This document shows positions 20,057 to 30,241 of a DNA stretch of 64,000 nt, piece by piece. The stretch's first letter is position 1, and each line of letters opens with the position of its first letter. The DNA comes from Polyangiales bacterium (GTDB lineage: Bacteria > Myxococcota_A > Polyangia > Polyangiales > Polyangiaceae): the NCBI GenBank assembly GCA_038231275.1, contig JBBRLQ010000008.1, forward strand, positions 128,001 to 192,000. The letters run 5' to 3'. The notes beneath the pieces were generated by a model that saw nothing but the letters and a program-made list of their open reading frames with translations, did no database searches and had not been told where the DNA came from. Both the position numbers and the translations under genes were made by a program.

Positions 20057-21543
20057 GGGGCCCCCGCGGAGAGCATCGCGCGTCCGATGTGCTGATCGGT
20101 GGCCGTCGGCGCGCAGTCCTCGACGATGCGGCCGCGCGACAGCACGAGGATGCGATCGCACACCGCGCGCAGCTCGGCCAGATCGGAGCTGATGACGAGC
20201 ACCGCGACCTGCTTGGCGGCCGCCGCGAGGACCTCTTGATGGATCGCCCGGCTCGCGCCGAGGTCCACGCCGCGCGTCGGGTGCGCGAGGACGAGCGCCG
20301 ACGCGCCCATCGCTATTTTTGCGATCGCGCGCGCGATGACGATTTTTTGCTGGTTTCCGCCGCTGAGCGTGCGCGTGACGGTGTCGAGGCCGAACGGAGC
20401 CTGCGCGCGATCGAGGCGCTCGCGCGCGTCGCGGCTCATGGCCGGCAAGGAGAGGATGCCCCAGCTCGCGTAGCGCCAGTGCTCGCCGAGGAGCGCGTTG
20501 TCGCGGACGTCGGCGTCGAGCACGAGCCCCTCGCGCTGACGATCTTCGTGGACGACGGCGACGGCGGGGATGCGCTTCTTGCCGAGGAGCGCGCGCTCGA
20601 CGACCGCCACCCGCCCCGCCTCGGGCGTCGTGAGCCCCGACAGCACCTCCACGATCTCGCGCTGGCCGTTGCCGTCGACGCCCGCGATGCCGACGATCTC
20701 GCCGGCCTTCACCTCGAACGACAGTCCGCGAAGCGCGCGGCCGTAGTGCACGTCGCTCATGACGATCGCCGTGCCGCCGAGCTGCCGCGCGTCGCGGCGT
20801 ACGAGCTCCTGGACGCCGCCGCCCATGATCGCCTCGGTGATCTCACGCAGCTCCTCGTCGCGCCCGGGCCCCTTGCGGAGCTCGCGCGACGCCATCATGA
20901 CCTTGCCGCGCCGCATGACGCTGACCTCGTCGGCGAAGTCGACGACCTCGCCGAGCTTGTGGGTCACGACCACGACCGCGCGCCCGCCGGCGGCGAGCTT
21001 GCGCAGGGTCTTGTACAGCCCCTCGGCCTCGCCGTGCGTGAGCACCGCCGTCGGCTCGTCGAGGATGAGGACACGCGCGTCGCGGTAGAGCGCGCGCGCG
21101 ATCTCGAGGCGCTGTCGATCGCCAACCCCGAGCGACTCCACCTTCGCGTCGAGGGGCAGGACCGTGCCGAGCTCGGCGGCGATGGCTTGGACCTTTGCGC
21201 GCGCGGCCGCGAGATCGAGCACGCCCTTCTTGGTCGGCTCGACGCCGAGGACCACGTTCTCGAGCGCCGTAAACGGCTCGATGAGCGCGAAGTGCTGTTG
21301 CACCATCCCGATGCCGCGCCGGATCGCCTCGGCGGGGGTGTGGGGTGTCATGTGCTGCCGGTCGATGCGCACCTCGCCGCGGTCGGGCGTGAGAATCCCC
21401 GCGGCCATCTTGAGGAGCGTGCTCTTGCCCGCGCCGTTCTCTCCCACCACCGCGTGCACGCGCCCCGGCAAGACCTCGAGGCTCGCGGACTGCACCGCGA
21501 GGAGCGAACCGAATCGCTTTTCGAGCTCTACGAGGCGAAGCAT
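20053..21543 (-). CDS. ABC transporter ATP-binding protein (tandem ABC, CUT2 family)
   Basis: GENGAGKST, LILDEPT, LSGGNQQK and PTRGVD motifs. Confidence 0.9.
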   Translation of the reverse strand: MLRLVELEKRFGSLLAVQSASLEVLPGRVHAVVGENGAGKSTLLKMAAGILTPDRGEVRIDRQHMTPHTPAEAIRRGIGMVQQHFALIEPFTALENVVLGVEPTKKGVLDLAAARAKVQAIAAELGTVLPLDAKVESLGVGDRQRLEIARALYRDARVLILDEPTAVLTHGEAEGLYKTLRKLAAGGRAVVVVTHKLGEVVDFADEVSVMRRGKVMMASRELRKGPGRDEELREITEAIMGGGVQELVRRDARQLGGTAIVMSDVHYGRALRGLSFEVKAGEIVGIAGVDGNGQREIVEVLSGLTTPEAGRVAVVERALLGKKRIPAVAVVHEDRQREGLVLDADVRDNALLGEHWRYASWGILSLPAMSRDARERLDRAQAPFGLDTVTRTLSGGNQQKIVIARAIAKIAMGASALVLAHPTRGVDLGASRAIHQEVLAAAAKQVAVLVISSDLAELRAVCDRILVLSRGRIVEDCAPTATDQHIGRAMLSAGAP

Positions 21544-21605
21544 GGGCGGCCGCGAAAATACCATCAAAACGGCCGAGCCTTCTAAAAGCTGCTATTCTGG
21601 AAAAG

Positions 21606-23006
21606 ATGGCGGTGTTCCCTGGATCGCGCGCGCGCGTCCGGAAGGTCGCGTGGTGCTTCGCCGCGTTGGGCGTCGCCTCGGGGACGACGCTCGCGTGCAT
21701 CAACTTCGACGGGCTCGACTCGACGGACGGGGACGGCGGGATCCTCGGGCCCGACTCGGGCGGTGGCGGCGGGCAGGACACGAGCACGACGCCGGGCTGC
21801 GAGGCCGGGATCCAGACCGATCCGTTCAACTGCGGCGCGTGCGGCAAGATTTGCCCGCTCCGCGTGAACAGCATCCCCGCCTGCACGAGCGGCGTGTGCG
21901 GCCTCGCGTGCAACAGCAACTTCGGCAACTGCGACAACGCCGACGACAACGGATGCGAGACGCAGCTCTTCGCAGACCCGAAGAACTGCGGCGCGTGCGG
22001 GCGCGACTGCGCGGGCGGCGGCTGCACGAACGGCCTCTGCCAGCCGGTGACCCTCGCGTCGAACCAGAGCTACCCGCAGGCGCTCGCCGTCGATCTCTCC
22101 ACGGTCTACTGGGCGACGCTCTACAATTTCCAAGTCGACAAGATCGCCAAGGACGGCGGCACCTCGTCGATCCTCGCGTCGAACGAGATCTATCCGTCCG
22201 GCGTCGCGATCGACACGACCAACCTCTACTGGGTCGATCGCGGGTACGGCAGCGCCGACGGCCTCGTGCGCAAAATGCCGCTCGCCGGCGGCCCGCCCGT
22301 CAGCATCGTGAGCGGCCTCAGCTCGCGCCCCACGGCGATCACCGTCGCGGGGACCGAGATCTACTACGCGACCCTCGGCACGCAGGGGACCGACGGCAGC
22401 GTCGTCCGTGTCTCCATCTCGAACGACCCCGACGCCGGCGCGGGGACCGTGGTCGGCGCCGCGCAGAACAACCCGACGAGCCTGGCCGCCGACACGACCG
22501 GCGTCTATTGGACGAATTACGGGAGCTACGTCGCACCCGACGCAGGGCCGCAAAACGGCGCGGTGATGAGGTGCGCCGTCCCCGGATGCCAGGGCGGGCC
22601 GGAGGAGGTCGCCGGCGCGCAGATGCACCCGCGCGGGATCGCCGTCGACGCCAACAACGTCTACTGGACCAACTACGGCAGCGGGCAGAGCGGCGTGAGC
22701 GACGGCTCGGTGATGAAGGCCCCCAAGGGAGCGGCGAGCGCCGGCGACGGCGGAGCGAACGGCGCGACGATGCTGGCCAGCGGGCTCCTCTACCCCGACG
22801 GCATCACGGTCGACGCGACGTACGTATACTTCACGACGCGCGCCGGCCTGGTGCAGCGCGTCCCGCTCGCCGGCGGCAAGGCGCCGGAGACCATCGCGAC
22901 GATCGTGCAGTCCTATCCAATCGCCCTCACCGCCGACGACAAGTTCCTCTACTTCGCGACGCCGAGCGGTCCCGCCGGCGGGAGCATCCAGAAGCTCCTC
23001 AAATGA
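21606..23006 (+). CDS. Lipoprotein with Cys-rich repeats and beta-propeller-like repeats
   Basis: Lipobox TLAC, two D..NCGACG repeats and repeated P..IAVD...VYW units. Confidence 0.75.
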   Translation: MAVFPGSRARVRKVAWCFAALGVASGTTLACINFDGLDSTDGDGGILGPDSGGGGGQDTSTTPGCEAGIQTDPFNCGACGKICPLRVNSIPACTSGVCGLACNSNFGNCDNADDNGCETQLFADPKNCGACGRDCAGGGCTNGLCQPVTLASNQSYPQALAVDLSTVYWATLYNFQVDKIAKDGGTSSILASNEIYPSGVAIDTTNLYWVDRGYGSADGLVRKMPLAGGPPVSIVSGLSSRPTAITVAGTEIYYATLGTQGTDGSVVRVSISNDPDAGAGTVVGAAQNNPTSLAADTTGVYWTNYGSYVAPDAGPQNGAVMRCAVPGCQGGPEEVAGAQMHPRGIAVDANNVYWTNYGSGQSGVSDGSVMKAPKGAASAGDGGANGATMLASGLLYPDGITVDATYVYFTTRAGLVQRVPLAGGKAPETIATIVQSYPIALTADDKFLYFATPSGPAGGSIQKLLK

Positions 23007-23149
23007 ACCTGCGGTGAGCCCGAGGTGAGCCGGGTGCAGGAGCGTCATGGTCTCCTACACGCGAGGTGCTCCTACGCTGCTCTCCCACCATTCGGACGGC
23101 GCGCATCCCGCCAGCGGCGCTGGAAAGTTCCTGCTGGTATGATGACAGT

Positions 23150-24895
23150 GTGGGGTTGCCTCTGACGAGCACCGGCCCTCGCATGATCGGTCGTTACGCG
23201 CTCTACGAAGCGTTTGCTTCGGGAGGGATGGCCACGGTCCATCTCGGGCGCGACGTCGGCGGCGACGGGCGGATGGTGGCCGTCAAGCGCTTGCACGCGC
23301 AGTTCGTCAACGATCCCGAGTTCGTGACGATGTTCCTCGACGAGGCGCGCCTCGCTGCGTGCGTGCGGCACCCGAATGTGGTTTCGATGCTCGACATCGT
23401 GACCGTGCGACGCGAGCCGTTCCTCGTCATGGAATACATCCAGGGCGAGTCGCTCTCGCGCCTCATCCGCGGCACGCGCGATCGCGGGATGATGGTCCCC
23501 GGGCGCATCGTCGCGGCGCTCATGTGCGGCGCGCTGCACGGCCTCCACGCGGCGCACGACGCGCACAACGAGCACGGTGAGCCGCTCGGCCTCATCCACC
23601 GCGACGTGTCGCCGCACAACGTCCTCGTCGGCGTCGATGGCTACGCGCGCATGGTCGACTTCGGCGTGGCGAAGGCCGCAGGGCGCGAGCAGCACACGCG
23701 CGCGGGGCAGCTGAAGGGAAAGCTCTCGTACATGGCGCCGGAGCAGGCGCGCTTCGACGTCGTGAACCGGCAGACCGACATCTACGCGGCCGCCGTCGTG
23801 ATGTGGGAGGCGCTCACGGGGCAGCGGCTCTTTTACGGGGAGACGGATGGCGCGATCCTCGCGCGTGTGATCGAAGGCCGGGTCGATCCGCCGAGCCACG
23901 TGGTGCGGGCCGCGTACCCGAACATCGACTCGGCGACGCTCTTCGAGATCGGGGCGCTCGACTCGGTGGTGATGTGCGGGCTCGCGCACGATCCCGGGAG
24001 GAGGTTCGCGACGGCGTCGGACATGGCGCTCGCGCTCGAGCGATCGCTGCAATTTGCGCCTCCCGCCGAGGTGAGCGCGTGGGTGTCCGCGACGGCCACC
24101 GACGCGATGCATCTGCGTGCGCAGCGCGTGATCGAGCTGGCCAGCGGCGTGGACGTGCGCGCCCAGCGGGGCGAGCGAGACTCCGAGACCGGTCTTCCGC
24201 CCGTGGGAATTCGCTCCGGCGAGTACCCCGCGCAGCGCACCGTCGCGATGACGAGCCCGGTGCGTCCGTCGGCGCAGTTCCTCCAGACATTGCAAATGGC
24301 GCCGCGAGCCTCGCAAGCACCGCTCGCGCGCACGATGCCGCTGCCGACGAGCTCGGGGCGGTTGCCCGAGGCCGCGCCGTCACGCCCGCTCCCGCCGCAG
24401 GCGAACTTCGACGTGCGCACGGGGCTGACGCCGTCGCAGCTGTCGAGCATTTCGGTGTCGACGCCGAGCGGAGTGGTTCCGGGGCATGCGCCGCCGCGAC
24501 GCTGGGGGCTGATCGGCGCGGTGTCGGCCGTGATCGCGTTCACGCTCGCGGCGGTGGTGCTCGTCGGAGTCGGCGCGATGCGCCGGCACAACGCGCGCGT
24601 CGCGGCGGCTCCTCCGGCGCCGCCACCGACGACCGTCGCGACACCACAGGTCGCTCTGCCGATCCTCCCCGCGACCGCGACCGCGACGCCCACCGCGACC
24701 GCGACCGCGACCGCGACGCCCACCACGACCGCGACCGCGACCGCGACCGCGACCGTCTCTCCGCCGCCGAAGCCCAAGCCTCCGCCCGTCACCCCGACGC
24801 CTCGCCGGCCAACGCCGCCGGTCAGCGACGAGTGCAAGCCCCCCTACACGCTCGATGCCGATGGCGTCCGGCACTACAAACCGGCGTGCCTCTGA
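23150..24895 (+). CDS. Membrane Ser/Thr protein kinase
   Basis: ASGGMATV, VAVK, HRDVSPHN, DFG, GKLSYMAPE; TM helix, Thr-Ala linker and C-terminal C.PPY...C motif. Start is 23150 (GTG) or 23183 (ATG). Confidence 0.9.
   Translation: MGLPLTSTGPRMIGRYALYEAFASGGMATVHLGRDVGGDGRMVAVKRLHAQFVNDPEFVTMFLDEARLAACVRHPNVVSMLDIVTVRREPFLVMEYIQGESLSRLIRGTRDRGMMVPGRIVAALMCGALHGLHAAHDAHNEHGEPLGLIHRDVSPHNVLVGVDGYARMVDFGVAKAAGREQHTRAGQLKGKLSYMAPEQARFDVVNRQTDIYAAAVVMWEALTGQRLFYGETDGAILARVIEGRVDPPSHVVRAAYPNIDSATLFEIGALDSVVMCGLAHDPGRRFATASDMALALERSLQFAPPAEVSAWVSATATDAMHLRAQRVIELASGVDVRAQRGERDSETGLPPVGIRSGEYPAQRTVAMTSPVRPSAQFLQTLQMAPRASQAPLARTMPLPTSSGRLPEAAPSRPLPPQANFDVRTGLTPSQLSSISVSTPSGVVPGHAPPRRWGLIGAVSAVIAFTLAAVVLVGVGAMRRHNARVAAAPPAPPPTTVATPQVALPILPATATATPTATATATATPTTTATATATATVSPPPKPKPPPVTPTPRRPTPPVSDECKPPYTLDADGVRHYKPACL
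24671..24754 (+). repeat. (GCGACC)n hexamer tandem repeat encoding a Thr-Ala linker
   Basis: GCGACCGCGACC... array within the kinase C-terminal region. Confidence 0.8.
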
Positions 24896-24896
24896 C

Positions 24897-25814
24897 ATGA
24901 TCCAACGACGAGCGCTCGGCGTGGCCTCGGCCCTCGCGATCGGCGCGATCGTCGCGGCGGCGCCCGACGCGGGGGCCGCGCGGGTGGACAAGAAGACCTG
25001 CATCGTTTCGTCCGAGAGCGGCCAGAAGCTCCGGCACGACGGCAAGCTGCGGGCCGCGCGCGAGCAGCTCTTGGTCTGCGCGCGCCCCGAGTGTCCGGCG
25101 GTGATTCGCCAGGACTGCGCGCAGTTCCTGAACGAGGTGACGACGTCGACGCCGTCCATCGTGATCGCCGCGCGCGATTCGGGCGGCAAAGAGACGCTGA
25201 GCGTGAAGGTATCGATCGACGGCGAGCTCGCGCTGACGAAGCTGGACGGAAAGGCGCTGAGCCTCGATCCCGGCGTGCACACGTTCAAGTACCAGGCCGA
25301 GGACGGGACGGTGGTGCAAGAGGACGTCGGGATCCGCGAGGGGGAGAAGAACCGCGTCGTCTACGTCGCGTTCCACAAACCGGAGCCCGAGGCCACGCCC
25401 TCTGTTGCCACGGCGGCGACGCCTGCGGCCGCGACGGCCTCGACGGCCCCGCTCACCACGACGACCACGACGACGAAGCCGGGGATCCCGACGGGCGCGT
25501 TCGTCTTCGGAGGCATCGGGCTGCTCGGCGTGGGGCTCGGCTCGTTCTTCCTCGTGACCGCGGGGAGCGACGCGAGCAACTTGCGGAGCACGTGCGCGCC
25601 CAGCTGCTCGCACTCCGACGTGAGCGCGGCGCGGAACAAGGCGCTCCTCGGCGACGTCGCGATCGCGGTGGGCGGCGTCTCGCTCATCGCGGCGGTGTGG
25701 ATGGCGGTCTCGCGACCCTCGAGCGAGAAGGTGGTCCAGACCAGCGCGGGCATCGGCCTCGACGTCCATCCCACCCTCGGCGGCGCCGCGATGGGGATCC
25801 GCGGCGCCTTCTGA
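24897..25814 (+). CDS. Secreted PEGA-like protein with Cys-containing helical N-terminus and C-terminal G-x-F
   Basis: Signal peptide, four-Cys N-terminal region, VSIDG...LDPGVH, two hydrophobic segments, ends GIRGAF. Starts 1 nt after the kinase stop. Confidence 0.65.
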   Translation: MIQRRALGVASALAIGAIVAAAPDAGAARVDKKTCIVSSESGQKLRHDGKLRAAREQLLVCARPECPAVIRQDCAQFLNEVTTSTPSIVIAARDSGGKETLSVKVSIDGELALTKLDGKALSLDPGVHTFKYQAEDGTVVQEDVGIREGEKNRVVYVAFHKPEPEATPSVATAATPAAATASTAPLTTTTTTTKPGIPTGAFVFGGIGLLGVGLGSFFLVTAGSDASNLRSTCAPSCSHSDVSAARNKALLGDVAIAVGGVSLIAAVWMAVSRPSSEKVVQTSAGIGLDVHPTLGGAAMGIRGAF

Positions 25815-25836
25815 TCGGGTAGATCTGGAGCGCGAC

Positions 25837-27960
25837 ATGCGGTCCTCGCCCCCTCGCGCCGTTCTGCGCCGACGCGCCGACGCGCCGTTCGCCGGACCGG
25901 CGGTCGCGCTCTTCCTCACCGGCGCCGCGGGAATGCTCGCGCAATCGGGGCTCGCGGGGCCGCTCGAGGCCGCGCTCGGATCGCACGCGCCGGCGCTGGT
26001 CGGTTGCATCCTGGCGCTCGTGCTCGGCACCGGGCTCGGGGCGGTGCTGGCGCGCGCGCGGCGTGGATCGACGGGAAAGCACCTCGTGGCGCCGGCGGAG
26101 ATCCTCGCGCTGCTGGCCGCCGCGGAGCTCGCACTTCCCCACGCGTGGGCGTGGATCGCGCGTGGTCCGCTGGTGGCGCGCGCGCTCGTGGGCGGGCTCC
26201 TCATGTTCCTGCCGTCGCTGGGGACCGGAGCGCTCTTGCCGGTCTTGGCGCGACGCGCAGCGCGCGAGGTGGACGGCTCCCGACGCGTCGCGCTCCTCTT
26301 CGCGGCCGCGTTCGCGGGAGGGGCCGTCGGAGCGGCGCTCGCGGCCGGACGGTATGCGCCGAGGGTCGGACTCGCCGCCGCGGTCCCGACCGCTGCGCTC
26401 CTGACCGCGATCACGGCGGTGATCTCGTTCCTCGTCTCGTGGCGCTGGCGCACGCCTGGCGACGCGGCGGCGCCGGCGCGCAAGGATCGGCGGCGCGAAG
26501 GACCGAGCCCGCTGGCCATGGGATCGGTCGCGCTCGGATTTCTCGGCGGAGGCGTGCTCCTCGCGATCGCGCACGTCGTCCGAATCGCGACGGGGGACGC
26601 GGCGGATCTCCTTCCCGCCTCTCTCGCGGGCACCCTCCTCGGGCTCGCCGCGGGCGCAGCGCACGCGCGTACGCTCCTCCTCCACTACCGCGAGACGGCG
26701 CTCGTGCGGGCGCTCTGCACGACGGGGCTCGTCGTCGCGGCGTCGACGATCGTGATGGGCGCGCTCCCCGCAGGAGGCGCCTTGCTGGGATCGTTCCTGC
26801 GCGCGCCCGCCGACGCGGCCATCCTGCACTTGCTCATCGCAGCCGCCGCCGCAGCGCTCCCGGCCGCGTGGATCGGCGCCTCGTTCCAGCTCCTCGTCCC
26901 GCACCTCAAGGAGGATTTGGTCGGCGAGGCGGCGGCGCGCTCGGCGGGCGCGGGCACGGCGGGCGCGACGCTGGGCGCGGCATTCGTGGGCATCGTCCTC
27001 TTGCCGCTGCTCGGTGCGCAGAGGGCGCTGATCGCGCTCGCGCTGGGATTTTCGGCGTTGGCGCTGGGGCTCGCGTGGCGAGGACGCGCGCGACGGAGCG
27101 TCCTCTTGACCGCGCTCACGACGGTCGTCGTCGTCGCGGTGTTGCCACGCTGGGATTTGGCGCGCGCGGCGTTCGGGCGTGACGCCGCGGGGCCCGCGAC
27201 GTGGGCTCGCGAAGGGGTCTCGGCAGGAGTCGTCGCGACCGACGCGAGCGGCGCCGTCGCCACGAACGGGCGCGTGCAAGGGCCGACGCTGGACGACGAG
27301 GCCGTGGCACGACTCGCCGCGGCGCTCGCGCCGAACCTCGCGAGCGCGCTCGCGCCGGACGATCTGGGCATCGCCGCTGCGATCCTCGGCGTGCCTTGGG
27401 AGCGCGTGACGATCCCGCGCGTGCCCCCTTCCTGGCACCCGCACCTCTCGGCTCCGCTCCGTGCCGCGGCAGAGGATCCGCGCGCGACGCCCGCCCTGGC
27501 TCGTGGGCTCGCCGGATCGCGCGCGGCCGCGAGCGCCGTGATCGTGAACCTTCCAACGGCGTGCGGCCCTGGTTGCGCGGCCGACCTCGCTCGAAACGCG
27601 CGCGACGCGCTCGCGCCGGACGGCGTCGCGTTGATCGTCGTCCGTGATCCGGAGCCGGTCGCCCTCGCTGCGCTCCTGCGCGCCACTCGCGCCGCGTTCC
27701 CTCACGCGGCGCTGGCGATCACGCGCGCGCGCGCGACGGTCATCGGTGGACGCGCGACGCTCGAGCCTCCTTCGCAACGGCTCGGCGCGCTGGCGGCACG
27801 AACGCCGCCGATCGACGCCCGCGCCGCGCTCGCCGACGTGGTCGCGAACGACGCCGGCGTCGACACCTGCGCCGAAGCCCTCACCCGCCGGGGCGACACG
27901 TCTCCCGCAGGCCTCCGCACGTGTGCGAGCGCCGCACAGCCTCGCGCGCAAGCCTTCTAG
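25837..27960 (+). CDS. Polytopic membrane protein resembling fused MFS/spermidine-synthase-like proteins (degenerate)
   Basis: LFLTGAAG.L.Q start, two TM bundles, then EGVSAGV...NGRVQG and L.PDG remnants; no clear SAM-binding glycine motif. Confidence 0.55.
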   Translation: MRSSPPRAVLRRRADAPFAGPAVALFLTGAAGMLAQSGLAGPLEAALGSHAPALVGCILALVLGTGLGAVLARARRGSTGKHLVAPAEILALLAAAELALPHAWAWIARGPLVARALVGGLLMFLPSLGTGALLPVLARRAAREVDGSRRVALLFAAAFAGGAVGAALAAGRYAPRVGLAAAVPTAALLTAITAVISFLVSWRWRTPGDAAAPARKDRRREGPSPLAMGSVALGFLGGGVLLAIAHVVRIATGDAADLLPASLAGTLLGLAAGAAHARTLLLHYRETALVRALCTTGLVVAASTIVMGALPAGGALLGSFLRAPADAAILHLLIAAAAAALPAAWIGASFQLLVPHLKEDLVGEAAARSAGAGTAGATLGAAFVGIVLLPLLGAQRALIALALGFSALALGLAWRGRARRSVLLTALTTVVVVAVLPRWDLARAAFGRDAAGPATWAREGVSAGVVATDASGAVATNGRVQGPTLDDEAVARLAAALAPNLASALAPDDLGIAAAILGVPWERVTIPRVPPSWHPHLSAPLRAAAEDPRATPALARGLAGSRAAASAVIVNLPTACGPGCAADLARNARDALAPDGVALIVVRDPEPVALAALLRATRAAFPHAALAITRARATVIGGRATLEPPSQRLGALAARTPPIDARAALADVVANDAGVDTCAEALTRRGDTSPAGLRTCASAAQPRAQAF

Positions 27961-27997
27961 GTCTGCGCTAAGCGCGCTAATCTCTGCCCGACCGCAA

Positions 27998-28198
27998 ATG
28001 GATCAAGCCACCCACAAGCGCTACCTCGACTACCGCGATCGGTACTCGTACTTCGGCCGCAAGATGCAGCAGCTCAGCATGGCCGAGTACGAGGCCGCCG
28101 AGAAGGAGCTCGCGGCCCTCACCGCCCGGGGCGAAGCGCGCGACGACGAAGAGGAGGCGCGTTACGACGAGCTCCTGAAGATCCTCTTCAAGGACTGA
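27998..28198 (+). CDS. Small hypothetical protein (66 aa, helical, charged)
   Basis: MDQATHKRYLDY...LLKILFKD; host-like codon usage; fills the gap before the convergent ddl. Confidence 0.7.
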   Translation: MDQATHKRYLDYRDRYSYFGRKMQQLSMAEYEAAEKELAALTARGEARDDEEEARYDELLKILFKD

Positions 28199-28214
28199 CG
28201 CCGTCGCGGCGCGA

Positions 28215-29225
28215 TCAGCCGGCCTTGGCGCGCCGAACGATGCGAAGCTCGCGCTCGTCGAACGAGACGCCGGACTTGGCCGGGTTGTCGCGCGGGATCT
28301 GCGAGTGGAGGCGCGCGCCGTCGAGGATCTCCTCGCATAGGGACGCGTAGTCGATCCCGGCGGCCTGCGCGATCTTCGGCAACAGCGACGTCGGCGTCAT
28401 CCCCGGCAGCGTGTTCACCTCGAGGACGTACTCGTTCTCGCCCTCGGTCACGAGGAGATCGACGCGGCACGCGCCGGTGCATCCGAGCGCGCTCGCCGCA
28501 CGCTCCGCGAGGTTCAGCACGCCCTGCGCGCGCGTCGCGGCGATGCGGGGCGGCGAGATGTACTCGGTCATGCCAGGTGTGTACTTCGCGTGGTAGTCGT
28601 AGAGACCGCTCTTGGGGGCGACCTCGATCGCGCCGAGCACGCGGCCGTTCAGGAGACCGACGTGCACCTCGGTCGCCTTGACGAAGCGCTCGACCAGCGC
28701 CGACGTGTCGTGCGCGAGGGCCGCTTCGATGGCGCGCACCAGCTCGCCCATGTCGTTCGCCTTCGCGAGCCCGACGCTGCTCCCTTCGCCGCGCGGCTTC
28801 ACGATGACCGGGAACCCGAAGCTCGCGTGCAGCTCGTCGAGATCGCCAAGATCTTCGCGCGTCGCCACGTAATACGGCGGCGTCGGCACGTTGTGGAGGC
28901 GGAACATCTCCTTCGCCTTGAGCTTGTCCATCGCTAGCGCGCTGCCGAGCACGCTGGAGCCCGTGTACGGGATGCCCATCAGTTCGAGGAGACCTTGGAT
29001 GCAGCCGTCCTCTCCGCCGCGACCGTGGAGGGCGAGGAAGGCGACATCGACGTCGGCCTTGCGGAGCATCTCGTCGATCCCAAGCGTGTCGGGACCGAAC
29101 GCGATGCGGACGACCTCGTGCCCGCGCGACGCAAGCGCCACCGCGACACCTTCGCCCGTACGGCGCGACACGTCCCGCTCTGCGCTCATTCCGCCCATCA
29201 AGACGCCCACGCGACGACTGTTCAT
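28215..29225 (-). CDS. ddl: D-alanine--D-alanine ligase
   Basis: GGMSAERDVS, LHGRGGEDG, GSSVG, YDYHAKY and EVNTLPGMT motifs. Confidence 0.93.
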   Translation of the reverse strand: MNSRRVGVLMGGMSAERDVSRRTGEGVAVALASRGHEVVRIAFGPDTLGIDEMLRKADVDVAFLALHGRGGEDGCIQGLLELMGIPYTGSSVLGSALAMDKLKAKEMFRLHNVPTPPYYVATREDLGDLDELHASFGFPVIVKPRGEGSSVGLAKANDMGELVRAIEAALAHDTSALVERFVKATEVHVGLLNGRVLGAIEVAPKSGLYDYHAKYTPGMTEYISPPRIAATRAQGVLNLAERAASALGCTGACRVDLLVTEGENEYVLEVNTLPGMTPTSLLPKIAQAAGIDYASLCEEILDGARLHSQIPRDNPAKSGVSFDERELRIVRRAKAG

Positions 29226-29455
29226 GCTCGGCACCTCACGGGAGGGGACAATGAGAATTCCGGACCAGAAGCACTTGCCCGCGAATCCGCGGGAAAAATC
29301 GTCAAAACGGACGGTGTGGGTGTGTCCCCCCTCCCACGAAGCGTGTCCGCCCAAGCGTTGCCCATCAGGCACCTACCGCGTACCTCGCGGAGGCGCCCTT
29401 GGTCAACTTTGGGGGGGAAATTTCGAGGCTTTGGGCGCCTGAGGGCGACCCGCCG

Positions 29456-30241
29456 TCAATCGATTTCGACGAGGATGGCTGTGATGTTGTCCTTGCCGCC
29501 GCGCTCGTTCGCGAGGTCGATGAAGCGCTGTACCGCGAGCTCGCCGCCGAGGCGCACGATCGGGCAGATGTCGAGCTCGCGCAGGTAGCCGTGGAGGCCG
29601 TCACTGCACAGGAGGAAGCGATCGCCGGAGAAGAGCTGCACGAGGCCGGTGTCGACCTGCACGTAGTCGCGGTTGCCGACGGCGCGCGTGATGACGTTGC
29701 GGTGCGGAGACTTCTTCGCCTCCTGCGGCGTGATGAGGCCCTGTTTGAGCTGCCACGCGATGAGCGTGTGGTCCTCGGTGAGCTGTTCGACTTCGGCGCC
29801 GCGGATGCGGTAGATACGGCTGTCGCCGACCTGGGCGGTGATGGCGTACTCGCCGAGGACGAGCATCGCGCTGATGGTCGTGCCCATGCCGCTCTTGCCG
29901 CGGTCCATCTCGGCCATCGAAAAGACCATGTAGGTGGCGGCCTGGACCGCGCTCTCCATGAGGCGACACGCGTTGCGCACGTCGTCCTCCTGGACGGGAT
30001 CCTCGAGCTCGTGAAGGTTGGCGATGCCGCGCTTCACCATGCCGAAGACGGTCTCGACCGCCTCCTGGCTCGCGACTTCTCCTGCAGCGTGGCCCCCCAT
30101 TCCGTCGGCGACGACGTAGAGGCCGAGCATGTCGTCGAGGTAGAACGCGTCCTCGTTCGTCTGGCGCTTGCGCCCGAGATCGCTGAGCCCCGTCCCCGTG
30201 CGTCGCAGGGGGGGCGGCGCCGGCTCCGAGGACATCGGCAT
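29456..30241 (-). CDS. PP2C-family Ser/Thr phosphatase
   Basis: R..NED, VADGMGG, MGTT, VGDSR, LLCSDGL and GGKDNIT motifs. Confidence 0.92.
   Translation of the reverse strand: MPMSSEPAPPPLRRTGTGLSDLGRKRQTNEDAFYLDDMLGLYVVADGMGGHAAGEVASQEAVETVFGMVKRGIANLHELEDPVQEDDVRNACRLMESAVQAATYMVFSMAEMDRGKSGMGTTISAMLVLGEYAITAQVGDSRIYRIRGAEVEQLTEDHTLIAWQLKQGLITPQEAKKSPHRNVITRAVGNRDYVQVDTGLVQLFSGDRFLLCSDGLHGYLRELDICPIVRLGGELAVQRFIDLANERGGKDNITAILVEID

Noticed and set aside
24671-24754. Tandem repeats as a CRISPR array
   Set aside because: Hexamer coding repeat with no spacers and no cas genes.
28215-29225. Van-type D-Ala-D-Lac ligase
   Set aside because: The omega loop reads YDYHAKY, as in ordinary DdlB, and there are no van genes.
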